Shown here in pieces: positions 49,493-58,875 of a stretch of 64,000 nucleotides of DNA. Made by a program: the position numbers and the translations under genes. Source of the stretch: a virus. The stretch is taken from the IMG/VR virus record IMGVR_UViG_3300035703_000060, positions 1-64,000 of that record. One strand, given 5' to 3'. Each line of letters opens with the position of its first letter. Positions within the stretch are counted from its first letter, which is position 1. The notes beneath the pieces are model-generated. The model ran no database searches. It saw only the letters and a list, made by a program, of their open reading frames with translations, and was not told the origin of the DNA.

Positions 49493-50523
49493 AGGTAGCA
49501 ATTATCACAGATACTCATTATGGGTGTAAAAAGGGTTCTAAGTATATTCATGATTACTTTGAACTGTTTTATAAAAACGTATTCTTTCCTACCCTTGAAG
49601 AGCACGGAGTAGAAGCAGTTATTCATATGGGAGATGCTTTTGATAGTCGCAAGTCAATTGACTATCAAAGTCTTGAGTGGTCAAAACGAGTTGTATTTGA
49701 CCCTCTCAAAAAATATGATGTTCATATGATCATTGGTAATCACGATACTTATTACAAAAATACAAATACTGTAAATTCTCCTGAACTTTTATTGCAAACG
49801 TATTCTAATATTAAGACTTATAGTGATCCAACAGAAGTTAATATTGGTGGTCTAAAGATTTTATTTTTACCTTGGATTAATCAAGAAAATGAAGAAAAAA
49901 CTCTCAAACTTATTCAAAAGACAACTAGCAAGGTTGCGATGGGGCACCTTGAGTGTCAAGGATTTAGAGTTAATCGACAACTCATCATGGAGCATGGTCT
50001 TCAGAGCGAATTATTTGAGAAGTTCGATAGGGTCTACTCGGGACACTATCACACTAGATCGAATAATGGGATAATTTTTTATCTAGGAAATCCTTATGAA
50101 ATGTATTGGACGGATGTAAATGATACTAGAGGATTTCACATCTTTGATACTGAAACCTTAGAACATACTCCAATTAATAATCCTTATAAATTATTTTATA
50201 ATATTTACTATGAGGATACTCCTTACCAAATGTTTGATGCGACAGAGTATCAAAATAAAATTGTTAAAGTGATTGTTCGTAAAAAATCTAAACCAAAAGA
50301 TTTTGAAAAGTTTATTGATAAACTTTATAGTATTGGAGTTCAAGAATTAAAAATTATTGAAAATTTTGAAATTCAAGAAAGTGAAGACTTTAAAGTCGAT
50401 GAAGATGAGAATACACTATCAATTTTAAATCGTTACATTGATGATTCTGAATTTGATTTTGATAAATCTGTTATAAAAAATATTCTTCAAGATCTTTACC
50501 AACAAGCATCGCAGGTAGAGTAA
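49489..50523 (+). CDS. gp47: recombination endonuclease subunit gp47 (Mre11/SbcD-like)
   Basis: ITDTHYG, HMGDAFD, GNHD, SGHYH phosphoesterase motifs. Confidence 0.96.
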   Translation: MKVAIITDTHYGCKKGSKYIHDYFELFYKNVFFPTLEEHGVEAVIHMGDAFDSRKSIDYQSLEWSKRVVFDPLKKYDVHMIIGNHDTYYKNTNTVNSPELLLQTYSNIKTYSDPTEVNIGGLKILFLPWINQENEEKTLKLIQKTTSKVAMGHLECQGFRVNRQLIMEHGLQSELFEKFDRVYSGHYHTRSNNGIIFYLGNPYEMYWTDVNDTRGFHIFDTETLEHTPINNPYKLFYNIYYEDTPYQMFDATEYQNKIVKVIVRKKSKPKDFEKFIDKLYSIGVQELKIIENFEIQESEDFKVDEDENTLSILNRYIDDSEFDFDKSVIKNILQDLYQQASQVE

Positions 50524-50524
50524 A

Positions 50525-50794
50525 ATGTTTCTTCTCACTCTCAAAGACAAAAAAAATGATGGTGCATATGCTGTTCAAGATCAGTATGGGCACAAAGTTT
50601 TATTTCTTTTTGAGGAGGAAGATGATGCGACAAGGTATGCTATGATGCTTGAAGATCAAGAAGATCATGAAATGGATGTTGTCGAAGTTGATGCTGAACT
50701 CGCAATAAAAACTTGTAAATTATATAATTACAAATACTCTATAATTACTCCAAATGATATTGTAATTCCTCCAAAAAATGTTGTTATTTCATAA
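50525..50794 (+). CDS. conserved hypothetical cyanophage protein
   Basis: GAYAV...LFLFEEEDDATRYAMMLE...IVIPP; between gp47 and gp46. Confidence 0.7.
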   Translation: MFLLTLKDKKNDGAYAVQDQYGHKVLFLFEEEDDATRYAMMLEDQEDHEMDVVEVDAELAIKTCKLYNYKYSIITPNDIVIPPKNVVIS

Positions 50795-52490
50795 GATTAA
50801 ATATAAAAACTTTTTAAGTTCTGGTAATCAATTTACAGAAGTTGATTTTAGAAAAAGTAGTACAAATTTAATAATTGGTACAAATGGTGCAGGTAAATCC
50901 ACAATGTTGGATGCACTTACTTTTGTTCTCTTTAATAAAAGTTTTAGGGGAATCACAAAACCTCAACTTGTCAATAGTACCAATGAAAAAGATTGTGTAG
51001 TTGAGATAGAATTTTCAGTTAATAGTAAAAATTATCTTGTTCGACGAGGGATCAAACCTAATATCTTTGACATTGAAGTTAATGGAGTTGCTCTCCATAA
51101 AGAAGCAGATGATCGTGCTAATCAAAGAATATTAGAAGAAAATATTTTAAAGGTAAATTACAAATCTTTTACTCAAATTGTAATTTTGGGTAGTAGTAAC
51201 TTTGTTCCTTTTATGCAACTTACATCTTCAAATCGTCGTGAGGTGATTGAAGATCTTTTAGACATTCGTATTTTTTCTGCTATGAATGCCTTAGTTAAAG
51301 ATAAGATTAAAGAGCAAAAGGAAGAAATTAAATCTTTAAGTTTGAAAAAAGATAATCTTAAAGATAAAATTAAAATGCAAGAGAGTTTTATTGAAGAACT
51401 TGAAAATCGTGGTAATGCCAATATAAATGCCAACAAAGAAAAGATTACCAAGTTAGATGAAGAAATTGGCGTTTATATGTCTGAGAACGCATCAACCGAA
51501 GAAGAAATTTCTAAGTTTATTAAAGAGCAAGAAGAAGTTATTGGTGCTGGAGATAAGTTAGTAAAGCTTAACAATCTAAAAGGTAAGATCTCTCAGAAAG
51601 TATTAACAGTTACTAAAGAACATAAGTTTTTTAGTGAAAATACGGTATGCCCTACTTGTACTCAAACCATAGAAGAAGAATTTCGATTAAATAGAATTGC
51701 AGATGCTCAAAATAAAGCAAAGGAACTTAAAGATGGTTATGAAGAACTTGAACAAACAATAAAGTTCGAACAAGAGAGAGAGCGTCAATTCAATGCACTT
51801 TCTAAGGAGATTACAAAATTAACGCATGGCATTTCTCAAAACAATACTCGGATTTCACTCAATCAAAGACAAATCCGAGATCTTGAATCTGAAATTCAAA
51901 CAATTGCCGAGAACCTTGCAAACCGAAATACTGAACATGAGAAACTAGAAGAATTTAAAGAAAATCTCCAAAATACAATTGAATATCTCTCAGATAAAAA
52001 ACAACAAATCGTTCATTACGATTTTGCCTATTCCTTACTTAAGGATGATGGTGTAAAAACGAAGATCATTAAGAAGTATCTTCCGTTCATAAATCAGCAG
52101 GTGAATCGTTATCTTCAGATGATGGATTTTTATATTAACTTCCATTTAGATGAAGAATTTAATGAAACAATTAAATCTCCAATTCATGAAAATTTTTCAT
52201 ATTCTTCTTTTTCAGAAGGTGAAAAAATGAGAGTAGATTTATCTCTACTTTTTACATGGAGAGAAGTTGCTAAACTTAAAAATTCAGTGAATACAAACCT
52301 GCTGATTATGGATGAGGTATTTGATTCATCTTTGGATGGATTTGGAACAGATGAGTTTCTTAAGATTATTCGTTATGTAATTAAAGACGCAAATATTTTT
52401 GTTATTTCACATAAGACTGGTCTTGAGGACAAATTTGAAAGTGTGTTAAAATTTGATAAAGTTAAAGGATTTAGTAGGTTAGTTGTATGA
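50778..52490 (+). CDS. gp46: recombination endonuclease subunit gp46 (Rad50/SbcC-like)
   Basis: GTNGAGKST, CPTC zinc hook, FSEGEKMR, LLIMDEVFDSSLD. Confidence 0.97.
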   Translation: MLLFHKIKYKNFLSSGNQFTEVDFRKSSTNLIIGTNGAGKSTMLDALTFVLFNKSFRGITKPQLVNSTNEKDCVVEIEFSVNSKNYLVRRGIKPNIFDIEVNGVALHKEADDRANQRILEENILKVNYKSFTQIVILGSSNFVPFMQLTSSNRREVIEDLLDIRIFSAMNALVKDKIKEQKEEIKSLSLKKDNLKDKIKMQESFIEELENRGNANINANKEKITKLDEEIGVYMSENASTEEEISKFIKEQEEVIGAGDKLVKLNNLKGKISQKVLTVTKEHKFFSENTVCPTCTQTIEEEFRLNRIADAQNKAKELKDGYEELEQTIKFEQERERQFNALSKEITKLTHGISQNNTRISLNQRQIRDLESEIQTIAENLANRNTEHEKLEEFKENLQNTIEYLSDKKQQIVHYDFAYSLLKDDGVKTKIIKKYLPFINQQVNRYLQMMDFYINFHLDEEFNETIKSPIHENFSYSSFSEGEKMRVDLSLLFTWREVAKLKNSVNTNLLIMDEVFDSSLDGFGTDEFLKIIRYVIKDANIFVISHKTGLEDKFESVLKFDKVKGFSRLVV

Positions 52491-53275
52491 TTGGAATTAT
52501 TGGAAATGGATTTGTAGGTAATGCAGTTTACCAAAATTTAAGAGACAAAGTATCTTGTAAAGTTTTTGATGTTGACAAGAATAAATCATTCAATACTCTG
52601 GATGAAGTATTAAAGCAATCATTTATTTTTGTTTGTTTGCCAACTCCAATGAAATCTACTGGTGAATGTGATCTTTCGATTTTGGATAATTTTTTTAAAA
52701 ATCTTCCAGAAATAGTCGATGGTATTTTTATTATTAAATCAACTGTTCCTATTGGAACAACTAAAAGATATGCTAAAAAGTATAAGGTGATTCATAATCC
52801 AGAATTTTTGACTGCTAGAAATGCTGTTGAAGACTTTAGAAATTCTGAAAGGAATGTTGTTGGTGGAAGTAAAAATCTGTGCCAACAGTTTGTTAATTTT
52901 TTTATAACTATTTTTCCAAATATTCCAAGTGTAATTACTACATCTGATGAAAGTGAAGCAATTAAATATTTTGCAAATAGTTTTCTTGCTTGCAAAGTTG
53001 CATACTTTAATAAAATGTATGATTTGTGTGAAGTAGTTGGTATGAACTATAATGTAGTTTGTGATGGTGTAACTTCTGATAGTCGAATCGGTAAATCTCA
53101 TACACAAGTCCCTGGTATTGACAATGACCGTGGATTTGGTGGCACTTGTTTTCCGAAAGATTTAAATTCTCTTATAAATCAGATGGAAGCGCACAGCATC
53201 GACGCTGATATGCTAAAATCTGTTTGGTCTTACAATCAACAAGTTCGCACGGTCATTGATTGGTCCGTAACCTAA
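52487..53275 (+). CDS. UDP-glucose/GDP-mannose 6-dehydrogenase family protein (short form)
   Basis: IGIIGNGFVG Rossmann motif, KSTVPIGTT, HNPEFL, EAIKYFAN, GFGGTCFPKD with catalytic Cys. Confidence 0.88.
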   Translation: MIGIIGNGFVGNAVYQNLRDKVSCKVFDVDKNKSFNTLDEVLKQSFIFVCLPTPMKSTGECDLSILDNFFKNLPEIVDGIFIIKSTVPIGTTKRYAKKYKVIHNPEFLTARNAVEDFRNSERNVVGGSKNLCQQFVNFFITIFPNIPSVITTSDESEAIKYFANSFLACKVAYFNKMYDLCEVVGMNYNVVCDGVTSDSRIGKSHTQVPGIDNDRGFGGTCFPKDLNSLINQMEAHSIDADMLKSVWSYNQQVRTVIDWSVT

Positions 53276-53276
53276 A

Positions 53277-53414
53277 ATGAACACTCCAAACTGGCAACAC
53301 CACTCTAAGAAGGAGCAGAAGCGGAAACTGAAACCGCAAGCACTCCGACAAGCAAAGGCACGACGCCAAGCACTCAAGAAGCGTCTCCAACAAGGGGGCG
53401 TTTCTTTTTTATAA
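53277..53414 (+). CDS. small basic protein (45 aa, not in ORF track)
   Basis: MNTPNWQHHSKKEQKRKLKPQALRQAKARRQALKKRLQQGGVSFL, starting 1 nt after the upstream stop. Confidence 0.65.
   Translation: MNTPNWQHHSKKEQKRKLKPQALRQAKARRQALKKRLQQGGVSFL
53376..53410 (+). terminator. rho-independent terminator
   Basis: AAGAAGCGTCTCC / GGGGGCGTTTCTT stem followed by a T tract. Confidence 0.7.
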
Positions 53415-53417
53415 ATA
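53410..53417 (+). promoter_or_regulatory. T4-type late promoter
   Basis: Exact TATAAATA right after the terminator. Confidence 0.8.
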
Positions 53418-53437
53418 TCTAAAAAGTCTTTATAAAA

Positions 53438-54175
53438 ATGAGAGATAAAGAATTTATAGATTTAAGTAATGCTTATAATCAAATTTGTGAGCAAAGTTAT
53501 GGGATTGATGCTTCAAAGCATGGTGGTCCAGATAAACTCTTACAAAAAATGGTTGATGAAAAGAAGAGAAGAGGTGATAAAGATGGTGGGGGAGAAGTAG
53601 TTCAAAGTGGACTTCAAAAAGCAAACTATGAACCAGAAGGTGAATTGGTACTAGAAAAGGACGAAACCGAAGAAGGTATTACTGGACTTCCAATTCCAAA
53701 AAAGAGAATGAGTTCTGCAAAAAGACATGAATTTGAAAAGAAAAGAAGAGCAGAAAGAAAAAAGCGTGGAGATGATAGAGTTGGAGATACTTTCTCTCAA
53801 CATAGAATGACTGGTAGTAGAGGGCGTGGATCTGAATATCAAAATATTCGCACAGTTCGTGAAGAAGTTCTTGTCGATTATCTTCTTGGAGAGGGTTTTG
53901 CTTCTGATGAAAAGTCAGCACAAGCAATCGCTGGTGTAATGAGTGAAGAGTGGAAAGATAATATTCTTGGAGAGGAAAAAAAAGAATTTCCAAGTGATAA
54001 AGTAAGGAAACAATCTGCTAAACATGAAAAAAATTATCTTACCAGACCAAATTCTTATTCTGGGCAAGCATCTAAATCAAAATCTAGAAAAATGAAAGCA
54101 ATTGCTTCTACTGTGGAAGTTGGTGATGACCCAAGAAATACCATGCATGGGCAGGATTTAAGAAAAATTAAATAG
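53438..54175 (+). CDS. charged modular hypothetical protein, possible internal head protein
   Basis: YEPEGE and YL..EG(F/Y)A.....A.AI...MSEEW...I modules shared with other ORFs in the window. Confidence 0.7.
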   Translation: MRDKEFIDLSNAYNQICEQSYGIDASKHGGPDKLLQKMVDEKKRRGDKDGGGEVVQSGLQKANYEPEGELVLEKDETEEGITGLPIPKKRMSSAKRHEFEKKRRAERKKRGDDRVGDTFSQHRMTGSRGRGSEYQNIRTVREEVLVDYLLGEGFASDEKSAQAIAGVMSEEWKDNILGEEKKEFPSDKVRKQSAKHEKNYLTRPNSYSGQASKSKSRKMKAIASTVEVGDDPRNTMHGQDLRKIK

Positions 54176-54176
54176 A

Positions 54177-54233
54177 GACCACTTCCCAAACTGGCACACT
54201 AGAGGGTTTCATCGCCCTCTTTTTTTGTATGAT
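54177..54233 (+). promoter_or_regulatory. composite element: imperfect palindrome, terminator hairpin and -10 box
   Basis: GACCACTTCCCAAACTGGCAC, AGAGGG/CCCTCT plus T tract, TGTATGAT. Confidence 0.65.
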
Positions 54234-54254
54234 ACGCTCATACGCAACAAATCC

Positions 54255-56402
54255 ATGACGGTTCGCCACGAAATCAAATCTCAACTCGCCAAGCTGCTTG
54301 CCACGGAAGATCTGGTGGTTGAGCACAAGAAGGTAGAGACTGCCCAGTTCAACGTTCATACCCGTGTGCTGACCCTGCCTATGTGGGAGAAGGCAAGCAA
54401 CACTGTGTATGACCTGCTGGTGGGGCACGAAGTCGGACACGCTCTTTACACCCCAGATGAGGATTGGACAGTAAACGTAAAGGTTCCTCCACAGTTTGTC
54501 AATATTGTGGAAGATGCTCGTATTGAAAAAATGATGAAGCGTCGTTATCCTGGTCTTGCAAAGACTTTCTTCAATGGATATAAAGAACTCACTGATGATG
54601 ATTTCTTTCAAATCAAAGACGACAATTTGGAAACTTATAACCTTGCTGACCGTGCAAACCTGTGGTTCAAGATTGGTAACTATGTTGATGTACCGATTGA
54701 ACGTGGTGAAGAGACTGAAATTATCAATCTAATTGCTGATAGTGAAACTTTTGCAGATGTTTTGATTGCTGCAGAAGAACTCTATAAGTATTGTAAACAA
54801 TCCCAGAAAGAGGAAACTAATATTCAAATTGATAGTTTGGAATCTCAATCATCTGGGGCAAGTCAGCAACCCTCTTCTGATTTTACTGATCAGCAAGAAG
54901 GTGACAATGATCAAGAAAAAACAGACACTTCTAAACTTCCTAACACTAGCGAAACTGAACAGGAAAAGCAACCTAATAATTCACCTCAAGGTGGTCAAGA
55001 GTCTGAACCAGAAGTTAAGACGATGGAGTCTCTTGAAGAGGCACTAAAAGATCTTGTTAATGATGATGGATATGAGAATGTCTATCTGGAATTGCCTCAA
55101 CTAAATCTAGATGATGTGATTGTTCCCAATTCTGAGATTCACAACAAGTGTAAAGAATATTGGGATGCTTTTATTGGAGATCGTGACTGGAAATATACTG
55201 ATGTATTTGGTAAAGTTGATAAAGAATATCTAGAGTTTAAGCGTTCTGCCCAGAAAGAAGTCAACTATCTGGTCAAAGAGTTTGAATGTCGTAAGGCAGC
55301 AGATTCTTATGCTCGCGCTTCAACTGCACGTACTGGTGTTCTAGACTGCTCTAAACTTCACACATACAAATATAATGAAGATATTTTCCGCAAGGTAACA
55401 ACTCTTGCTGATGGTAAGAATCACGGTTTAGTCTTTGTTCTTGACTGGTCTGGTTCTATGTGTGATGTTATGTTGGATACTGTTAAACAACTATACAATC
55501 TAATTTGGTTCTGTAAAAAAGTTGCAATTCCTTTTGAGGTTTATGCTTTTACAACCGATTATCCTCTTGTCAAGTATGATGAAGCAGGTAAGGCAAATCT
55601 TCGTCAACTTTCCTACAAGAAAAAAGATGGTCTTATTCAGGTTGGTGAATGGTTTTCAATGATGAATCTTCTTACCAGTAAAGTAAACTCTAAAACTCTT
55701 GAAGAGCAAATGAAGAACATCTTCCGTCTTGCCACTTCTTTCCGTTACAATTCATATACTCAATATAATGCTCCTGTTGGAATGAGTCTCTCGGGTACTC
55801 CTTTAAATGAGGCATTGATCTCACTTCATCAAATTCTTCCCAAGTTTCAACGTGAAAATAAACTTCAAAAAGTCCAGTGTGTTGTTCTAACTGATGGTGA
55901 GGCTTGTATGCTTAAATATCACCGCGAAGTTCAACGTCGTTGGGAAGAAGATCCTTACATGGGCACTGCTCATATTGGACCTAATGCTTTTCTTCGTGAT
56001 CGTAAAACTGGCAATACTTATTCTTGTAATTCTGAGTGGCATGAGTTTACTGATATTCTTCTTCGAAATTTGCGGGATAGGTTTGTCGATATGAACTTTA
56101 TTGGTATTCGTGTTTTGGAAGGTCGTGATGCTGGTAGTTTTATTCGTCGCTATTGTGGGTTTTATGGTGATGAGTATGATAAGGTAATGAATTCTTGGAA
56201 AAAAGAAAAGGCATTTACAATTAAGAAATCTGGATATCATTCTTACTTTGGTATTTCTGCTAATGCTCTTGCTCAGGATTCTGAGTTCTCTGTTTCTGAA
56301 GATGCTACCAAGTCTCAAATCAAATCTGCTTTTGCTAAAAGTTTGAAATCCAAAAAAATGAACAAGCGTATTCTTGGTGAGTTTGTGGAACTTGTTGCTT
56401 GA
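54255..56402 (+). CDS. HExxH metallopeptidase-like plus C-terminal VWA (CobT-like) protein
   Basis: HEVGH..NIVEDARIE N-domain, acidic linker, LDWSGS MIDAS, GTPL, LTDGE. Start taken at ATG 54255, downstream of the -10 box. Confidence 0.85.
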   Translation: MTVRHEIKSQLAKLLATEDLVVEHKKVETAQFNVHTRVLTLPMWEKASNTVYDLLVGHEVGHALYTPDEDWTVNVKVPPQFVNIVEDARIEKMMKRRYPGLAKTFFNGYKELTDDDFFQIKDDNLETYNLADRANLWFKIGNYVDVPIERGEETEIINLIADSETFADVLIAAEELYKYCKQSQKEETNIQIDSLESQSSGASQQPSSDFTDQQEGDNDQEKTDTSKLPNTSETEQEKQPNNSPQGGQESEPEVKTMESLEEALKDLVNDDGYENVYLELPQLNLDDVIVPNSEIHNKCKEYWDAFIGDRDWKYTDVFGKVDKEYLEFKRSAQKEVNYLVKEFECRKAADSYARASTARTGVLDCSKLHTYKYNEDIFRKVTTLADGKNHGLVFVLDWSGSMCDVMLDTVKQLYNLIWFCKKVAIPFEVYAFTTDYPLVKYDEAGKANLRQLSYKKKDGLIQVGEWFSMMNLLTSKVNSKTLEEQMKNIFRLATSFRYNSYTQYNAPVGMSLSGTPLNEALISLHQILPKFQRENKLQKVQCVVLTDGEACMLKYHREVQRRWEEDPYMGTAHIGPNAFLRDRKTGNTYSCNSEWHEFTDILLRNLRDRFVDMNFIGIRVLEGRDAGSFIRRYCGFYGDEYDKVMNSWKKEKAFTIKKSGYHSYFGISANALAQDSEFSVSEDATKSQIKSAFAKSLKSKKMNKRILGEFVELVA

Positions 56403-56432
56403 TAAATATTTCTATAAGACTTTTTAAAGACA

Positions 56433-56618
56433 ATGGGCAGATTCACAGATCTTTTTTCTCAAACTGAACAATCAGTTGTAGTTGAACAAATTCACGTTGT
56501 TGAAGAAGTGCATGAAGAACCCCAAGTTCCTTCTGCACAAGAGACTGTAGTTAATGCTGAACTACCAAAAACAAATTTAAAGGAAGTGTCAACTACTTTT
56601 AAAAAGAGTAGAAAATAA
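56433..56618 (+). CDS. small hypothetical protein
   Basis: 61-aa ORF after a GATAAATA late-like box (56401-56408). Confidence 0.6.
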   Translation: MGRFTDLFSQTEQSVVVEQIHVVEEVHEEPQVPSAQETVVNAELPKTNLKEVSTTFKKSRK

Positions 56619-56650
56619 TAAATAAAGGTATAGAAAAATACTTAAAAAAA

Positions 56651-57631
56651 ATGAATTCACAACAAGTAGCGGATTTAAAACTCCTTTATGAGGCAGTTTA
56701 TGATGAAAATTTAAGAGAAAAGGCAGAAGAGTATAATAGTGCTGTATGTGATGAAGACATTATTGAAGTTGCAACTGAATATTTTTATACTTATGGATTG
56801 AATGAAGATGGCATTGACATCTTAATTGAAAAAGTTGGTCTTGATAATTTTGTTGAGTTTGTTTATGATCTCTCTGAAGATCTTGTAGTTCTTACTGAAG
56901 CAAGAGCGGCAAAGAAAAGAACTGGTGGTAAGTCTTATGAAGAAGTGAAAGCAGAAATTGATGCAAGAGAGGCTAAAAAAGCGGCAAAGAAAAAAGCAAC
57001 AAAATCTGCTGAAGAGAGAAAAGAAACTGAAAAGAAAGAACCAGAATCTAAAGGTCCAGATACTGAAGCAAAAGCAGAACAACCTAAATCAAAGAAACCA
57101 ATTAGAGATGCTATTGCAAGACAAATTCTTGCTGGTATGAAGCGTCACCGTGAAGCAACTCAGACTGCTGGGAATCTTGCTAGAGAAACTGGAAAGACTT
57201 TAGGTAAACTTGCTTCAGTAACTCATGAAGCAGGTCGCCGTGCAGGTGAGCATGTTAAAAAGCATGGATTAAAGTCTCTTGCAAATGAAGAGTTTGATAA
57301 TTTTGATATTATTTTTGAATACTTAGTTGCTGAAGGATATGCTGATACAAATGAAGCAGCACTCGCTATTATGGCAAATATGAGTGAAGAGTGGAGACAA
57401 AGTATTGTCGAGGGTTCTACTGGTTTTTCTGTTCCAAGTAGAATTGATGATTTTAATAACAGAAGAGATGAGTTAAAAAATCGCTACAAGCAAGATGTTG
57501 GTCCAAGAATTCCTGGACCTTCTGGTGGTGGTCAATATGGAGAACCACCAGCACCTAAAGCGATGGGTTTGAGACTTGCTAGAGGATCCTCTAGTTCAAA
57601 AAGAGGCGTAGAATCAAAGAACAACGCTTGA
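56651..57631 (+). CDS. charged modular hypothetical protein, possible internal head protein
   Basis: AATAAATA at 56617-56624; K/E-rich tract; YLVAEGYADTNEAALAIMANMSEEWRQSIVE module. Confidence 0.7.
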   Translation: MNSQQVADLKLLYEAVYDENLREKAEEYNSAVCDEDIIEVATEYFYTYGLNEDGIDILIEKVGLDNFVEFVYDLSEDLVVLTEARAAKKRTGGKSYEEVKAEIDAREAKKAAKKKATKSAEERKETEKKEPESKGPDTEAKAEQPKSKKPIRDAIARQILAGMKRHREATQTAGNLARETGKTLGKLASVTHEAGRRAGEHVKKHGLKSLANEEFDNFDIIFEYLVAEGYADTNEAALAIMANMSEEWRQSIVEGSTGFSVPSRIDDFNNRRDELKNRYKQDVGPRIPGPSGGGQYGEPPAPKAMGLRLARGSSSSKRGVESKNNA

Positions 57632-57632
57632 A

Positions 57633-57689
57633 GACAATTTCCAAACTGTCCACTCAGGTGCCCACAAGGCACCTTTTTTCTTGTATAAT
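57633..57689 (+). promoter_or_regulatory. composite element: imperfect palindrome, terminator hairpin and -10 box
   Basis: GACAATTT-CC-AAACTGTC, AGGTGCC/GGCACCT plus T tract, TGTATAAT. Confidence 0.7.
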
Positions 57690-57723
57690 ATGAGAGTTCA
57701 AATGAAACACACCTAATTACATC

Positions 57724-58863
57724 ATGTCTCGCAAACCTTCAGTGAACGACGAACAACTCATTTCCGAACTTAAGTCTCTGTATGGTACAGAGTTTTCTGC
57801 TGGTGATGTTCGCGGTTATTGTGCATCCAAAGGTATTTCTTATCCTACCGTGACTCGTTATCTTGAACCTTTTAAAACAGATCGTGGTCGGTGGAATCTG
57901 GAAGTGACTCAACAACGTGTTGATGAGATTGAGCGTACTTTCCAAGCACCTGCTGTGATTCCTCCCACTGAACAAAATCTCATCCCCGACAAAGATGATA
58001 CCTTCGTCAAGTTTGGTAACTTTGGTGATATTAAAAAAATTATTCAGTCCCGTATCTTTTACCCTGCGTTCATTACGGGTCTTTCGGGTAATGGTAAAAC
58101 GTTCAGTGTTGAGCAAGCGTGTGCTCAACTCAAGCGTGAATTGATTCGTGTAAACATCACGATTGAAACTGATGAAGATGACCTTATTGGCGGTTTCCGT
58201 CTTGTTGATGGTGCCACTGTTTGGCACAACGGTCCTGTTATTGAAGCACTCCAACGTGGAGCGATCCTGCTCCTTGACGAGATTGACCTTGCCTCCAACA
58301 AAATCCTTTGTCTACAATCCGTGCTAGAAGGTAAGGGAGTCTTTCTGAAAAAGATTGGTACTTTTGTAAAACCTGCCCCTGGTTTCAATGTCATCGCCAC
58401 CGCCAACACTAAGGGTAAGGGTTCTGATGACGGCCGCTTTATCGGCACTAACGTGCTCAATGAAGCGTTTCTGGAGCGTTTTCCTGTGACCTTTGAGCAG
58501 TCCTATCCTGCCCCTGCTACGGAGCAGAAGATCCTGGAAGGCATTGCTCTGGACCTTGGCGTGGAAGACCGCGACTTCTGTAAGCGTCTTTGCGATTGGT
58601 CGGACGTGATCCGTAAAACCTTCTACGATGGTGGTATTGAGGAAATCATTAGCACCCGTCGCTTGGTTCATATCATTCGTGCCTATGCTATCTTTAAAGA
58701 CAAAGCAAAGGCAATTCAAGTTTGTGTAAATCGCTTTGACGATGAAACTAAACAGGCATTCTTGGAACTCTATGATAAAATTGATGTGGACTTTCAACTT
58801 CCCAAAGAAGAAAAACCTGAACTTGAATTGACCATTGGGGGAGGTCACGAAGTTTCTTTCTAA
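57724..58863 (+). CDS. cobS: MoxR/CobS-like AAA+ ATPase
   Basis: GLSGNGKT Walker A, LLLDEID Walker B, TANTKG, NEAFLERF, STRRLV. Confidence 0.92.
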   Translation: MSRKPSVNDEQLISELKSLYGTEFSAGDVRGYCASKGISYPTVTRYLEPFKTDRGRWNLEVTQQRVDEIERTFQAPAVIPPTEQNLIPDKDDTFVKFGNFGDIKKIIQSRIFYPAFITGLSGNGKTFSVEQACAQLKRELIRVNITIETDEDDLIGGFRLVDGATVWHNGPVIEALQRGAILLLDEIDLASNKILCLQSVLEGKGVFLKKIGTFVKPAPGFNVIATANTKGKGSDDGRFIGTNVLNEAFLERFPVTFEQSYPAPATEQKILEGIALDLGVEDRDFCKRLCDWSDVIRKTFYDGGIEEIISTRRLVHIIRAYAIFKDKAKAIQVCVNRFDDETKQAFLELYDKIDVDFQLPKEEKPELELTIGGGHEVSF

Positions 58864-58875
58864 TAAAACTTCTTT

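Noticed and set aside
53285-53295. Third copy of CCAAACTGGCA resembling the early element
   Set aside because: It lies within codons PNWQ and has no hairpin or -10 box at the 42-43 nt spacing.
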